Notes under the pieces: generated by a model
What the model was told of the DNA's origin: nothing
The model's database searches: none
What the model saw: the letters and a program-made list of their open reading frames with translations, nothing else
Program-made: the position numbers and the translations under genes
Shown: in pieces, positions 50,801-58,147 of the stretch
Layout of the letters: each line of letters starts with the position of its first letter
How positions within the stretch are numbered: the stretch's first letter is position 1
Assembly (NCBI GenBank): GCA_040882355.1
Contig: JBBEBM010000077.1
Coordinates: 1 to 58,147 of the forward strand
Source: Dehalococcoidia bacterium
Lineage (GTDB): Bacteria; Chloroflexota; Dehalococcoidia; DSTF01; RBG-16-68-14
Direction of reading: 5' to 3'
Length of the DNA stretch: 58,147 nt

Positions 50801-50883
50801 GCCCAGAAATCGGCCCGATCTCCTCCCCGGACCTCGAACGACCCCGCTGACCGATTACCAGAACCCGATATTGAGGTGAGACC

Positions 50884-52251
50884 ATGCTCAGCATTGGCAT
50901 CGATTTCGGAACGTCCAACTCCAGCGTGGCTGTCTACGACCCTTCGTCCCCTCTCCGGGCGGGCGGCTCCGCGGTCAGGCTGCTGCCGCTCGATCCGCTG
51001 GGGCGCAACCCGCAGGTCATGCGCTCGCTGCTCTACATCACGCGCGAGGGCGAGGTCGTCGCGGGGCAGCGCGCCCTCGACCTCTACACCGAGCAGAACA
51101 CCGGTCGTGAGGTGAAGCTGGAGCGGCGCTACATCGGCGAGGTGAAGATGACCTACTCCGATATGGAGCTGGTGACAGACGCCTTCGCCCTCGTCGATGT
51201 GAACGAACCGGGCCGGCTCTTTCAGTCGCTCAAGCGCTTCCTGTCGGTGACATCGTTCAAGAAGACGAACGTGTTCGGGAGCGAGTACCGGCTGGAGGAG
51301 CTGGTCGCGACGCTCGCCGAGCAGATGGTGCGCGCCGCCGAGGCCGCGCTCGGCGAGCCGGTGCGCGAGCTGGTGGTCGGGCGCCCGGTGCGTTTCTCCG
51401 ACGACGAGCGCAAGGACGCGGCGGCGCGGGAGCGGCTGACCGAGGCGTGGTCGCTCGTCGGGGTGGACCGCGTGCGTTTCGTCGAGGAGCCGGTGGGCGC
51501 CGCCCATCACTACGCGGCCGAAGCGCAGCTCGAGCCGGGAACGCGGCTGCTCGTCTTCGACTTCGGCGGGGGAACCCTCGACATAACGGTCGCGCGCGCC
51601 GGTCGCGAGGGGATCGAGGTGCTGGCGACGGGCGGCGTGCCGATCGGCGGCGACCTGCTGGACAGCCGGATTATGGAGACGCGCATCGCGCCGCTTTTCG
51701 GCAGGGGCGCCCACTATACAGGCTCGGGCCAGAAGCTCCCGGTCCCGGGCCACCTCTTCTCGCGACTGCGGAGCTGGCAGAGCATCGTCGAGCTGAACCG
51801 GCCCGACCTACTATCGTTGATCCGCGAAGCGAAGCGCGGCTCGGACCGCCCGCGTGAGCTGGCTCGCCTCGAAGCGCTGGTGACCCGCAACTTCGGCCTG
51901 GCGGTCTTCCGGGCAATCGAGGAAGCGAAGATCGACCTGTCTACGGATGACGAGGCTGTCGTGCGTCTCCCTCACTGGGAGATCGACCTCGAGCAGCCGC
52001 TGACCCGGCCGGAGTTCGAAGCGGCGATCTCCGCCCAGGTGCGGGCAGGCCGTCAGTGCGTCTGCGACACCGTCGAGCGCGCGGCCTGCGAGCCGGAGGA
52101 GATCGCGGTCGTCATCACGACGGGCGGCTCGTCGCTCATCCCCGCGTTCCGCCGCGTGCTGAGCGAGGCTCTGCCCCGCGCCTCGCTCGCCGAAGCGGAC
52201 ACGTTCACCAGCGTTGCGGCGGGCCTGGCGCTGGCGGGAGCGAGTGAGTAG
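50884..52251 (+). CDS. Hsp70 family ATPase (YegD-like, lacks substrate-binding domain)
   Basis: IGIDFGTSNS, VVGRPVRF, EEPVGAA, FDFGGGTLD, TGGSSLIP, FTSVAAGL. Confidence 0.88.
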   Translation: MLSIGIDFGTSNSSVAVYDPSSPLRAGGSAVRLLPLDPLGRNPQVMRSLLYITREGEVVAGQRALDLYTEQNTGREVKLERRYIGEVKMTYSDMELVTDAFALVDVNEPGRLFQSLKRFLSVTSFKKTNVFGSEYRLEELVATLAEQMVRAAEAALGEPVRELVVGRPVRFSDDERKDAAARERLTEAWSLVGVDRVRFVEEPVGAAHHYAAEAQLEPGTRLLVFDFGGGTLDITVARAGREGIEVLATGGVPIGGDLLDSRIMETRIAPLFGRGAHYTGSGQKLPVPGHLFSRLRSWQSIVELNRPDLLSLIREAKRGSDRPRELARLEALVTRNFGLAVFRAIEEAKIDLSTDDEAVVRLPHWEIDLEQPLTRPEFEAAISAQVRAGRQCVCDTVERAACEPEEIAVVITTGGSSLIPAFRRVLSEALPRASLAEADTFTSVAAGLALAGASE

Positions 52252-52264
52252 TGGAACCGTACAC

Positions 52265-52300
52265 TTGCGTACGGAACAGGATGTACGTATACTGCTGTAC
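52265..52300 (+). promoter_or_regulatory. Promoter/operator of the second vapBC
   Basis: TTGCGT-17 nt-TATACT overlapped by repeated GTACG sites. Confidence 0.6.
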
Positions 52301-52312
52301 GGAGATATTGAG

Positions 52313-52564
52313 ATGGGCTCGGACAGGTATGAGATCCGGCTCGACAGCGAGCATCGCCGAAAGCTCTCTGAACTTGCTGCCGTGAGAGACGCGCCGGCGT
52401 CAGAGGTCGTCCGCGAGATCATCGACGAGGCGTACGAGGACATCATCCGCGTGGAACGGGTCAAGGCCGCCGGCGAACTCGCCGCTATGGCGGTGGAGGA
52501 TGTCCCAGATCCCGAGACCGTGAGCCGACAGCTGGAGAGCGCCCATGACCCAGGCGTTCCTTGA
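52313..52564 (+). CDS. CopG/RHH antitoxin (VapB-like)
   Basis: RYEIRLDSEHRRKLSELA..SEVVREIIDEAY; overlaps the PIN gene. Confidence 0.8.
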   Translation: MGSDRYEIRLDSEHRRKLSELAAVRDAPASEVVREIIDEAYEDIIRVERVKAAGELAAMAVEDVPDPETVSRQLESAHDPGVP

Positions 52565-52991
52565 CGCGAATGTTGCGATCTACGTGGCCGGCAGAGCGCA
52601 CCCACTGAAGGAGCCCTGTGGCAAAGTGGTGGCCCTTGTCGCAGATCAGGCCGATGCCTTCGTGACAGATGCTAAAGTTCTCCAGGAGCTGCTTCATAGG
52701 TATGTGGGCCTGCGAATGTGGCCCGATCCTGGACTAGCCGTTTTTGAACGCTTCTCCAAGTTGATGCGGCGCAGAGTGGAGCCCATTCAGGCGGTCGATG
52801 TTGAGCGGGCGGCCGCGCTTGCAACACAACATCCTCGCCTCAGCGCCCGGGATCTCGTCCACGTCGCTGTGATGCAGCGCCTCGGCGTGACACGAGTCGT
52901 GTCCGCCGACCGTGGGTTCGACCAGGTCGCCGACATCCAGCGACTCGACCCCGCAGATGTCGCCTCGTGGCGAGAGTCAGTCGTCGCCTGA
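52545..52991 (+). CDS. VapC PIN-domain toxin
   Basis: FLDANVAIY, VLQELLHRY, LSARDLVHVAVM, SADRGFD. Confidence 0.88.
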   Translation: MTQAFLDANVAIYVAGRAHPLKEPCGKVVALVADQADAFVTDAKVLQELLHRYVGLRMWPDPGLAVFERFSKLMRRRVEPIQAVDVERAAALATQHPRLSARDLVHVAVMQRLGVTRVVSADRGFDQVADIQRLDPADVASWRESVVA

Positions 52992-53597
52992 CGGTGGCTT
53001 CGGGCGCCGTCCCCACCACTTCTCGCCGGTGAGCGCCTGCCACTCGTCCCGCGCTGCGCGGGAGCCGGGCGTGCTCAGGTCCGTGTAGGCGATCTCGTCG
53101 AGGAACGCGATCAGCTCGCTGGCGGTGCCTTCGATCAGGTTGACGGCCGCAGGGCGCGCGATACCGGCGGAGCGAGCACTGGCGTGACACGCGTGGACCA
53201 GGGCATCGATGAGGACGAGCTTGTCGCGATGGGTGCGCAGCCTTGCCCAGCGCTCCAGGAAGTCGAGGAAGGCGGGATAGGCGTTGCCTCCCACCAACTG
53301 CTTGTGCTGGTAGGACTTGAAGTACTCGCCCCAGGTCGTCTCCCAACCGCATTCGCAGGACACCGGCTGCTCCTTCTCCCAGCGGTGTCTGATGATCGCG
53401 CCGCAGCTCCGGCACGCGGCGCGGCCCATGTGCGCCTCGGTGGCGACGCGGATGCTCTCGCAGCGGGCGTACATCGCGTAGCCGACGTCATCGACCAGCC
53501 CCTCGTCCACGATGCCCTTTGCGTCGAGCGCGTAGAGCCTGCGGATCTTGTCGCGCGAGACGCGGCGGGCCCAGCGGAAGTCGTCTGGCGATGACAC
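52977..53597 (-). CDS. Hypothetical protein with Cys cluster (CRSC..CECGW)
   Basis: Uninterrupted ORF with SD GAGGAG, co-oriented with the phosphotransferase gene. Confidence 0.65.
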   Translation of the reverse strand: MSSPDDFRWARRVSRDKIRRLYALDAKGIVDEGLVDDVGYAMYARCESIRVATEAHMGRAACRSCGAIIRHRWEKEQPVSCECGWETTWGEYFKSYQHKQLVGGNAYPAFLDFLERWARLRTHRDKLVLIDALVHACHASARSAGIARPAAVNLIEGTASELIAFLDEIAYTDLSTPGSRAARDEWQALTGEKWWGRRPKPPSGDD

Positions 53598-53608
53598 GAT
53601 GTTTCTCC

Positions 53609-54610
53609 TCAGTCCAGCCTAAACAACGTATACGGCTCCGCCCATTCGCGGAGCGTCGTTCCCGGCTCGAACCAGACACGGTTACGCTGGCCGTACTCCC
53701 AGATGATCAGCCGGTCGACGAGCATGTAGAGCGAGAAGCGTTGCTCGAAGCCCGGCCGCAGCGGCCGTGACGCCCGGTACGCCTGGATGAACCCGCGCGC
53801 GAGGGCGTCGTCGTCGCGCATGTAGGTCGCGATCGACCGCGGCAGGTCCTCCTCGGGATCGCCGCAGAACGCGCCGCCGACGTCGAACAGGCCGGTGATG
53901 CGCCAGCCGTTCGCGGTTTGCTCGGCGACCGCGTTGTTCTCTTTGTAGTCGTGATGGACGATCGTCGGGGCGAACGGCACGTCTAGCGCGTCCCGAGCGC
54001 CGTTGATCACGTCCTGCACCCATGCGACATCGGCTTCCGTCGTCGCGTCGGAGGCTGCGAGGCACAGATCGAGCCAACGCAGCGCCCGCGCGACGGCCCA
54101 CTCGCCGAAGGTCGTCGTGATCGGCGCGATCGTGCCAGTGTCAGGGTCGTACTCGCCGCAGTGCGGCCAGGTGAGGCCATGGAGCCGCGCGAGGTTCTCG
54201 CCCATCGCACGGGCGAGCGCGAGCCGGTCGGGCTCGCTCAGCGTCGCCCGGACGTCGGGGTCGCCGATCTGCAGGCCCGGCATCGTCGGCATGAGGGCGT
54301 AGGCCCAGCCGAAGATGTCGGGCGACTCGTCGATGAGAAACGGCCAGGGCACGGGCACTTCGGTTCGCTCGTGGATCAGGCGCGTGAAGAAGCGCTCCTT
54401 GCGGAATTGCCACTCAGGGTGCGGCGCACCGCGGAGCACGTACGCGCTCCTGTCGGTGGTGAGGAAGACGTTCTGGCCGAAAAGCCCGACGGGCGCCGGC
54501 TCGGCGTCGAGCAAGGCGCCCAGGTCGAAGCGGTCGAGCGCGGCCTGGAGCTGATCGCCGGTCAGCACCCCGAGGCGTTCCGAGTACTTGCGTGTCATCG
54601 CTGGCTGCAT
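53609..54610 (-). CDS. Aminoglycoside phosphotransferase (APH/choline kinase-like) family protein
   Basis: VPVPWP, LARLH, VHHDYKENN, GLFDVG..GDPEEDL; SD GAGGAGG. Confidence 0.85.
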   Translation of the reverse strand: MQPAMTRKYSERLGVLTGDQLQAALDRFDLGALLDAEPAPVGLFGQNVFLTTDRSAYVLRGAPHPEWQFRKERFFTRLIHERTEVPVPWPFLIDESPDIFGWAYALMPTMPGLQIGDPDVRATLSEPDRLALARAMGENLARLHGLTWPHCGEYDPDTGTIAPITTTFGEWAVARALRWLDLCLAASDATTEADVAWVQDVINGARDALDVPFAPTIVHHDYKENNAVAEQTANGWRITGLFDVGGAFCGDPEEDLPRSIATYMRDDDALARGFIQAYRASRPLRPGFEQRFSLYMLVDRLIIWEYGQRNRVWFEPGTTLREWAEPYTLFRLD

Positions 54611-54627
54611 GTGCTTCCTCCTCATGC

Positions 54628-54763
54628 AAAACACCCCGCTTGCCTGAATCTCGGGAAGCAAGAGCCTCCCGGGCGTCAGGCAGGCGGGGTGTCCCCGTCC
54701 ACCTTCTTCGCTCGACGAAGAGTTAGGTCAGGGACATGATAGCGGCTGGACCGGACTTGTCAA
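54628..54763 (-). promoter_or_regulatory. Promoter and 5' leader with intrinsic terminator before the phosphotransferase gene
   Basis: TTGACA-16 nt-TATCAT; long hairpin ACACCCCGCCTGCCTGA / TCAGGCAAGCGGGGTGT followed by TTT just before the SD. Confidence 0.6.
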
Positions 54764-54832
54764 GAGGCGTCCGTTTCGCGGTACGATGAACGTGACAACG
54801 ACGAGCTGCGAGGACGAAAGGGGAGCTAACGC

Positions 54833-54952
54833 ATGAGTGCAGGAGAAACGGTAGCGCTGGCATGCGGGATGATCATCATCTTCGGGTTGCTGTTCGCCGG
54901 CGTCGCCTACGCCTATGCACTATCGCGGGCCGAGGAGGAGGAGTTCGAGTAG
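54833..54952 (+). CDS. Small single-TM membrane protein (39 aa)
   Basis: SD AAGGGGAG; MSAGETVALACGMIIIFGLLFAGVAYAYALSRAEEEEFE*; not in the ORF track. Confidence 0.6.
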   Translation: MSAGETVALACGMIIIFGLLFAGVAYAYALSRAEEEEFE

Positions 54953-54961
54953 GGCGGCTGC

Positions 54962-55606
54962 CTAGCTCGCGATGAGCTCTTTCGCCAGTCTAACCGCTTC
55001 TTCCTCCGATGGCGCCGCTATGACGAAGACTGCGATGCCGGGCGTTGATCCTTCCGGGTAGCGCTCAATCACTACGACATTTGAGTCGGCGTATGGGAAG
55101 CCCTCAACGCGCTCCTCCAGGATCGCCGGGTGACCCTCCACCTCAATCAGTTCTAAGCGATCCGCTGGCGCGTCGCGCACGATAGGCACGGGCGCGCTTG
55201 ATATGTAGCCCCTTGCTAACAGCGTGGTGCCAGGCCGGCCCTCGAGCCCCTCGTTGTTGACCAGGATGAGCTCACCCTCGCACGACCAGCCTATGCCCGT
55301 CGGTCCGAGCGCCTCGGACCACAGTTCGTGCCCTCTGAGCACATCTCTATCGGTGACGGGAGGGGTTCCTCCGGGACAACTGAAGATCTCCGCCTCAGGA
55401 GGTGTCACGCCGTTGACGGCCCGGTAGATCATGAAGTCGCCCACTCGTCCGCTGAACCGGCCGAGCGCCGCGTCCGCATCGAGTGCAGCTTGCACGGAAG
55501 CAAAGGTCGGTTCTGCTGGCGAGTCGCCTTGTTCGGCCAGCAGCAGACCACCAAGCGCAGCGCCAATCAGCGCGGCGAGGAGCATCGGAAGGGCGAGCCG
55601 GCTCAT
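54962..55606 (-). CDS. Hypothetical exported or membrane-anchored protein
   Basis: N-terminal hydrophobic segment; SD AAGG; TTGACA-18 nt-CATCAT upstream. Confidence 0.6.
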   Translation of the reverse strand: MSRLALPMLLAALIGAALGGLLLAEQGDSPAEPTFASVQAALDADAALGRFSGRVGDFMIYRAVNGVTPPEAEIFSCPGGTPPVTDRDVLRGHELWSEALGPTGIGWSCEGELILVNNEGLEGRPGTTLLARGYISSAPVPIVRDAPADRLELIEVEGHPAILEERVEGFPYADSNVVVIERYPEGSTPGIAVFVIAAPSEEEAVRLAKELIAS

Positions 55607-55700
55607 GATCGTTCACCGCCTTTTAGCAGCCACACCTACGGTTGTGCGTAAATGATGCGCTTCTGTAGAGCGGCTTGTCAATGGCGAACTGCCGGCGTGT

Positions 55701-56684
55701 CTATGGCCTCACTTCCGCCAGCTCCTTCGCCCGCGCCATGATCTGCTCCGCGCCGTAGCTGCCGGGCTGCGCGCCCTCCCGCACCGCCTCCGCTGCCGCT
55801 TGCTGGACGGCTCGATTGTAGGGCGTTGGCACGCCGTGCAGCGCCCCCAGCAACGCGATCTCGCCGTTGAGGAAGTCGGTCTCCAGCGCGCCAGCGCCGC
55901 GCGCCAGGCTCTGCCAGGTCGAGCCGCCGCTGCGAGGTGCGCCCTCGATCTGGCCGGGCGTCAGGGCGGCGCTGCGTCGCCCCATCAGGTCCTCCGGCGG
56001 CGCGAAGTCGATGCCCGCCGCCTCGTAGCAGGCGACCGCCTCCGCTCGCAGCAGCCGCATGAGCTCGCCGGCGGCATCGTCGCGTTCGCAGAGCGCCTGC
56101 ACGGCGTTGCCGAGGTTGCCCAGCAGCTTGCTGTACTTGAGTCGCATGACGTTCGGGTCAGGGCGGGCGCTGAAGCCGCTCGCGGTGATCTCGGCCGTGA
56201 CCTGCTCGATCAGCGGCTCGACGCCGGTCGGGTAGCAGCCGGCGTCGAGGACGCCGCCGACGGCCGTCGCGTGCATGAGGACGACGCCCGGCTCCAGGTG
56301 CGTGGCAGGCAGCACGACGAGCATGCCGTACACCATCGAGAAGCGTCGCAACGCCATCCGCTCGTTCGCGACGCCGTTCTGCGCGCAGACGACGGGGACG
56401 TCGCCGGCGGCGGCGCGTAGCTCGTCGAGGGCAGCGGCGGTGTCCTGCGATTTCATTGTGAGCAGCACAACCTCGTCGCCGCGAAACTGAACCTCCGACG
56501 GGTGGCCGACGGCCGTGATGGGCAGCGTGACGGTCTCGGCCGGCGTTCGGAACGTCAGGCCGTCGCGTCGCACCGCCTCGAGGTGGGCGCCTCGACAGAT
56601 CAGCACGACCTCGCGCTCGTGCTGGAACAGCCGCGCTCCGATGCTCCCGCCGATCGCGCCCGCGCCGTAGATGACGTATCTCAT
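55701..56684 (-). CDS. panE: 2-dehydropantoate 2-reductase (ApbA/PanE family)
   Basis: MRYVIYGAGAIGG, LTMKSQDT, AQNGV, KYSKLLGN, STWQSL..ETDFLNGEI. Confidence 0.8.
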   Translation of the reverse strand: MRYVIYGAGAIGGSIGARLFQHEREVVLICRGAHLEAVRRDGLTFRTPAETVTLPITAVGHPSEVQFRGDEVVLLTMKSQDTAAALDELRAAAGDVPVVCAQNGVANERMALRRFSMVYGMLVVLPATHLEPGVVLMHATAVGGVLDAGCYPTGVEPLIEQVTAEITASGFSARPDPNVMRLKYSKLLGNLGNAVQALCERDDAAGELMRLLRAEAVACYEAAGIDFAPPEDLMGRRSAALTPGQIEGAPRSGGSTWQSLARGAGALETDFLNGEIALLGALHGVPTPYNRAVQQAAAEAVREGAQPGSYGAEQIMARAKELAEVRP

Positions 56685-56704
56685 TGGTAGAGGCTCCTCC
56701 TGTC

Positions 56705-58060
56705 CTACAGGCTCCCCAGGCCCTCGATGATAGCGGCGACGTGCTTGGTGCCGGCGATGAAGTCGCCGAGGCGGATGTTCTCGTCCGGGGCGTGGGCGCG
56801 GCCGTCCGGGTAGCCGATGCCCGCCGAGCACATCGGCACGCCGAGCACCTGCATGATCGGGTAGAGCGGCTGCGTGCCCGCGCCGTTCGGCATCGTGACC
56901 GGCTCCTGGCCGTAGACCTCGCGCGCCGTCGAGCGGGCGATCTCGACGAAGGGGTGGGTGGCGTCGGAGCGGGCGGGGAACTCACCCTCGCTCGCGACGA
57001 CCTCGATGTCGTCGAAGCCCTCAGCGACGAGATGCTTGCGCAGCTTCTCCGTGATGTCGCCGGGGTCCTGGTCGGGCACCAGGCGGAAGTCGATCTTTGT
57101 CATCGCCTCGGCCGGGAGGACGGTCTTGTTGCCGGGGCCCTGGTAGCCGGAGCCGATGCCGTTGATGTTGCAGACCGGCTCGAAGACGACGCGGCGGTGG
57201 TAGTCGTAGCCGCGCACGCCGCAGACGAAGTCGCGCAGGCCCAGGTTCTGGAGCAGCTTCTCCTCTTCGTTGGGCAGCTCGCGCAGGAAGGCGTCCTCCT
57301 GCTCGGTGGGCGGGCGGACGCCTTCGTAGAAGCCGGCGATGCGCACCCGCTCGTTCGCATCCTTGAGGCTTGCCAGCGCCCAGACGAGGCGCCAGGCCGC
57401 GTTGGGCACGGTCGCGCCGTACGACGAGTGCGAGTCGCGCACGGCCGTTTTGGCGCGCAGTTCGACGACGAGGATGCCCTTCACGCCGAGCGAGACGAGC
57501 GGGCGGCCCGTGGCGTTCACGCCGCCGCCCTCGTGCAGGCAGACGTCCGCGGCGAGCCGCTCGCGATGCTTCTCGACGAACTCGTGCAGCTTGGCGCTGC
57601 CGATCTCCTCGTCCCCTTCGATGAGGAACTTGATCGTTACGGGCAGCTTGCCGCCGCTCGACTCTTGCAGCGCCCGGATGGCGAGCAGGCGCGAGATGAG
57701 GTGGCCCTTGTTGTCGCTGATGCCGCGCCCGTAGAAGAAGTCGCCGTCGCGGCGCACCTCGAAGGGCGGCGACGTCCACAGCTCGAACGGCTCCGGCGGC
57801 TGGACGTCGTAGTGGTTGTAGAGCAGCAGCGTCGTCGGAGACTCACCGGGCAGCTCGCCGACGACGACAGGGTGGCCTGGCTCCTCTTTGTCGAGCATAT
57901 CGACCGTCGCGCCGACGGCTTCGAGCATGTCGACGACGAAGCGGGCCGTCTCGGGGATCGACTGCTTCTGCGCGCTGACGCTCGGCATCGCGACGTAGTC
58001 GCCTAGCTGCGCCAGCGCCTCGTCCAGGTGGTCGTCGATGTAGCGGCTGATGTTGGTCAT
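56705..58060 (-). CDS. M20 family metallopeptidase (DapE/ArgE/dipeptidase-like)
   Basis: YNHYDVQP, YGRGISDNKG, EGDEEIGS, AHAPDENI. Confidence 0.9.
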   Translation of the reverse strand: MTNISRYIDDHLDEALAQLGDYVAMPSVSAQKQSIPETARFVVDMLEAVGATVDMLDKEEPGHPVVVGELPGESPTTLLLYNHYDVQPPEPFELWTSPPFEVRRDGDFFYGRGISDNKGHLISRLLAIRALQESSGGKLPVTIKFLIEGDEEIGSAKLHEFVEKHRERLAADVCLHEGGGVNATGRPLVSLGVKGILVVELRAKTAVRDSHSSYGATVPNAAWRLVWALASLKDANERVRIAGFYEGVRPPTEQEDAFLRELPNEEEKLLQNLGLRDFVCGVRGYDYHRRVVFEPVCNINGIGSGYQGPGNKTVLPAEAMTKIDFRLVPDQDPGDITEKLRKHLVAEGFDDIEVVASEGEFPARSDATHPFVEIARSTAREVYGQEPVTMPNGAGTQPLYPIMQVLGVPMCSAGIGYPDGRAHAPDENIRLGDFIAGTKHVAAIIEGLGSL

Positions 58061-58101
58061 GTTGGCTCTCCCTCTCGAGTTGTTGTCTTGCGTGGAAGGA
58101 A

Positions 58102-58147
58102 AGATGCTTCGCGATGCTCAGCATGACAACGCTACCCTCTGTCATCC
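58102..58147. repeat. REP-like element plus the start of an inverted partner
   Basis: AGATGCTTCGCGATGCTCAGCATGACA resembles 2588-2614; TGTCATCC begins an inverted copy at the window end. Confidence 0.55.

Noticed and set aside
54631..54692. SRP (4.5S) RNA, because of GGAAGCA in a long hairpin
   Set aside because: It lacks the CAGG..GGAA..AGCAG domain IV arrangement and is better explained as a leader terminator on the minus strand

Overview
High-GC bacterial chromosomal segment, most consistent with a Chloroflexota (Dehalococcoidia-like) genome or MAG (inferred from gene content, not searched). The left ~16.5 kb is a minus-strand branched-chain amino acid operon (ilvB-ilvN-ilvC-leuA-leuC-leuD, then cimA). 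Its leader carries a sigma70 promoter, a Leu (CUC) T-box and then a Leu-rich 40-aa uORF. Most junctions in the operon hold a passenger gene: HicB/DinB-like, tandem bacterioferritin, AbrB-VapC, acyl-CoA dehydrogenase and two retropepsin-like aspartic proteases, one fused in frame to LeuD. leuB and ilvD are absent from the window. The rest carries ilvE, a doubly frameshifted S8 protease, an RCC1 and two cupredoxin proteins with sortase-like tails, metG-tatD-polyprenyl synthase, ybeY-dnaX-ybaB-recR-(DUF5678-like/retropepsin)-recO, DtxR and NrtR regulators, MNT-HEPN, miaB, tRNA-Ser(GCT) with an interrupted 3' duplicate, ppa, mutY, an Hsp70-like gene and a phosphotransferase gene each behind a leader terminator, a second VapBC, panE and an M20 peptidase. 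REP-like palindromes are scattered. There is one scaffold gap (30028-30037) and a suspect 20-nt G run. No CRISPR array, integrase or transposase was seen.
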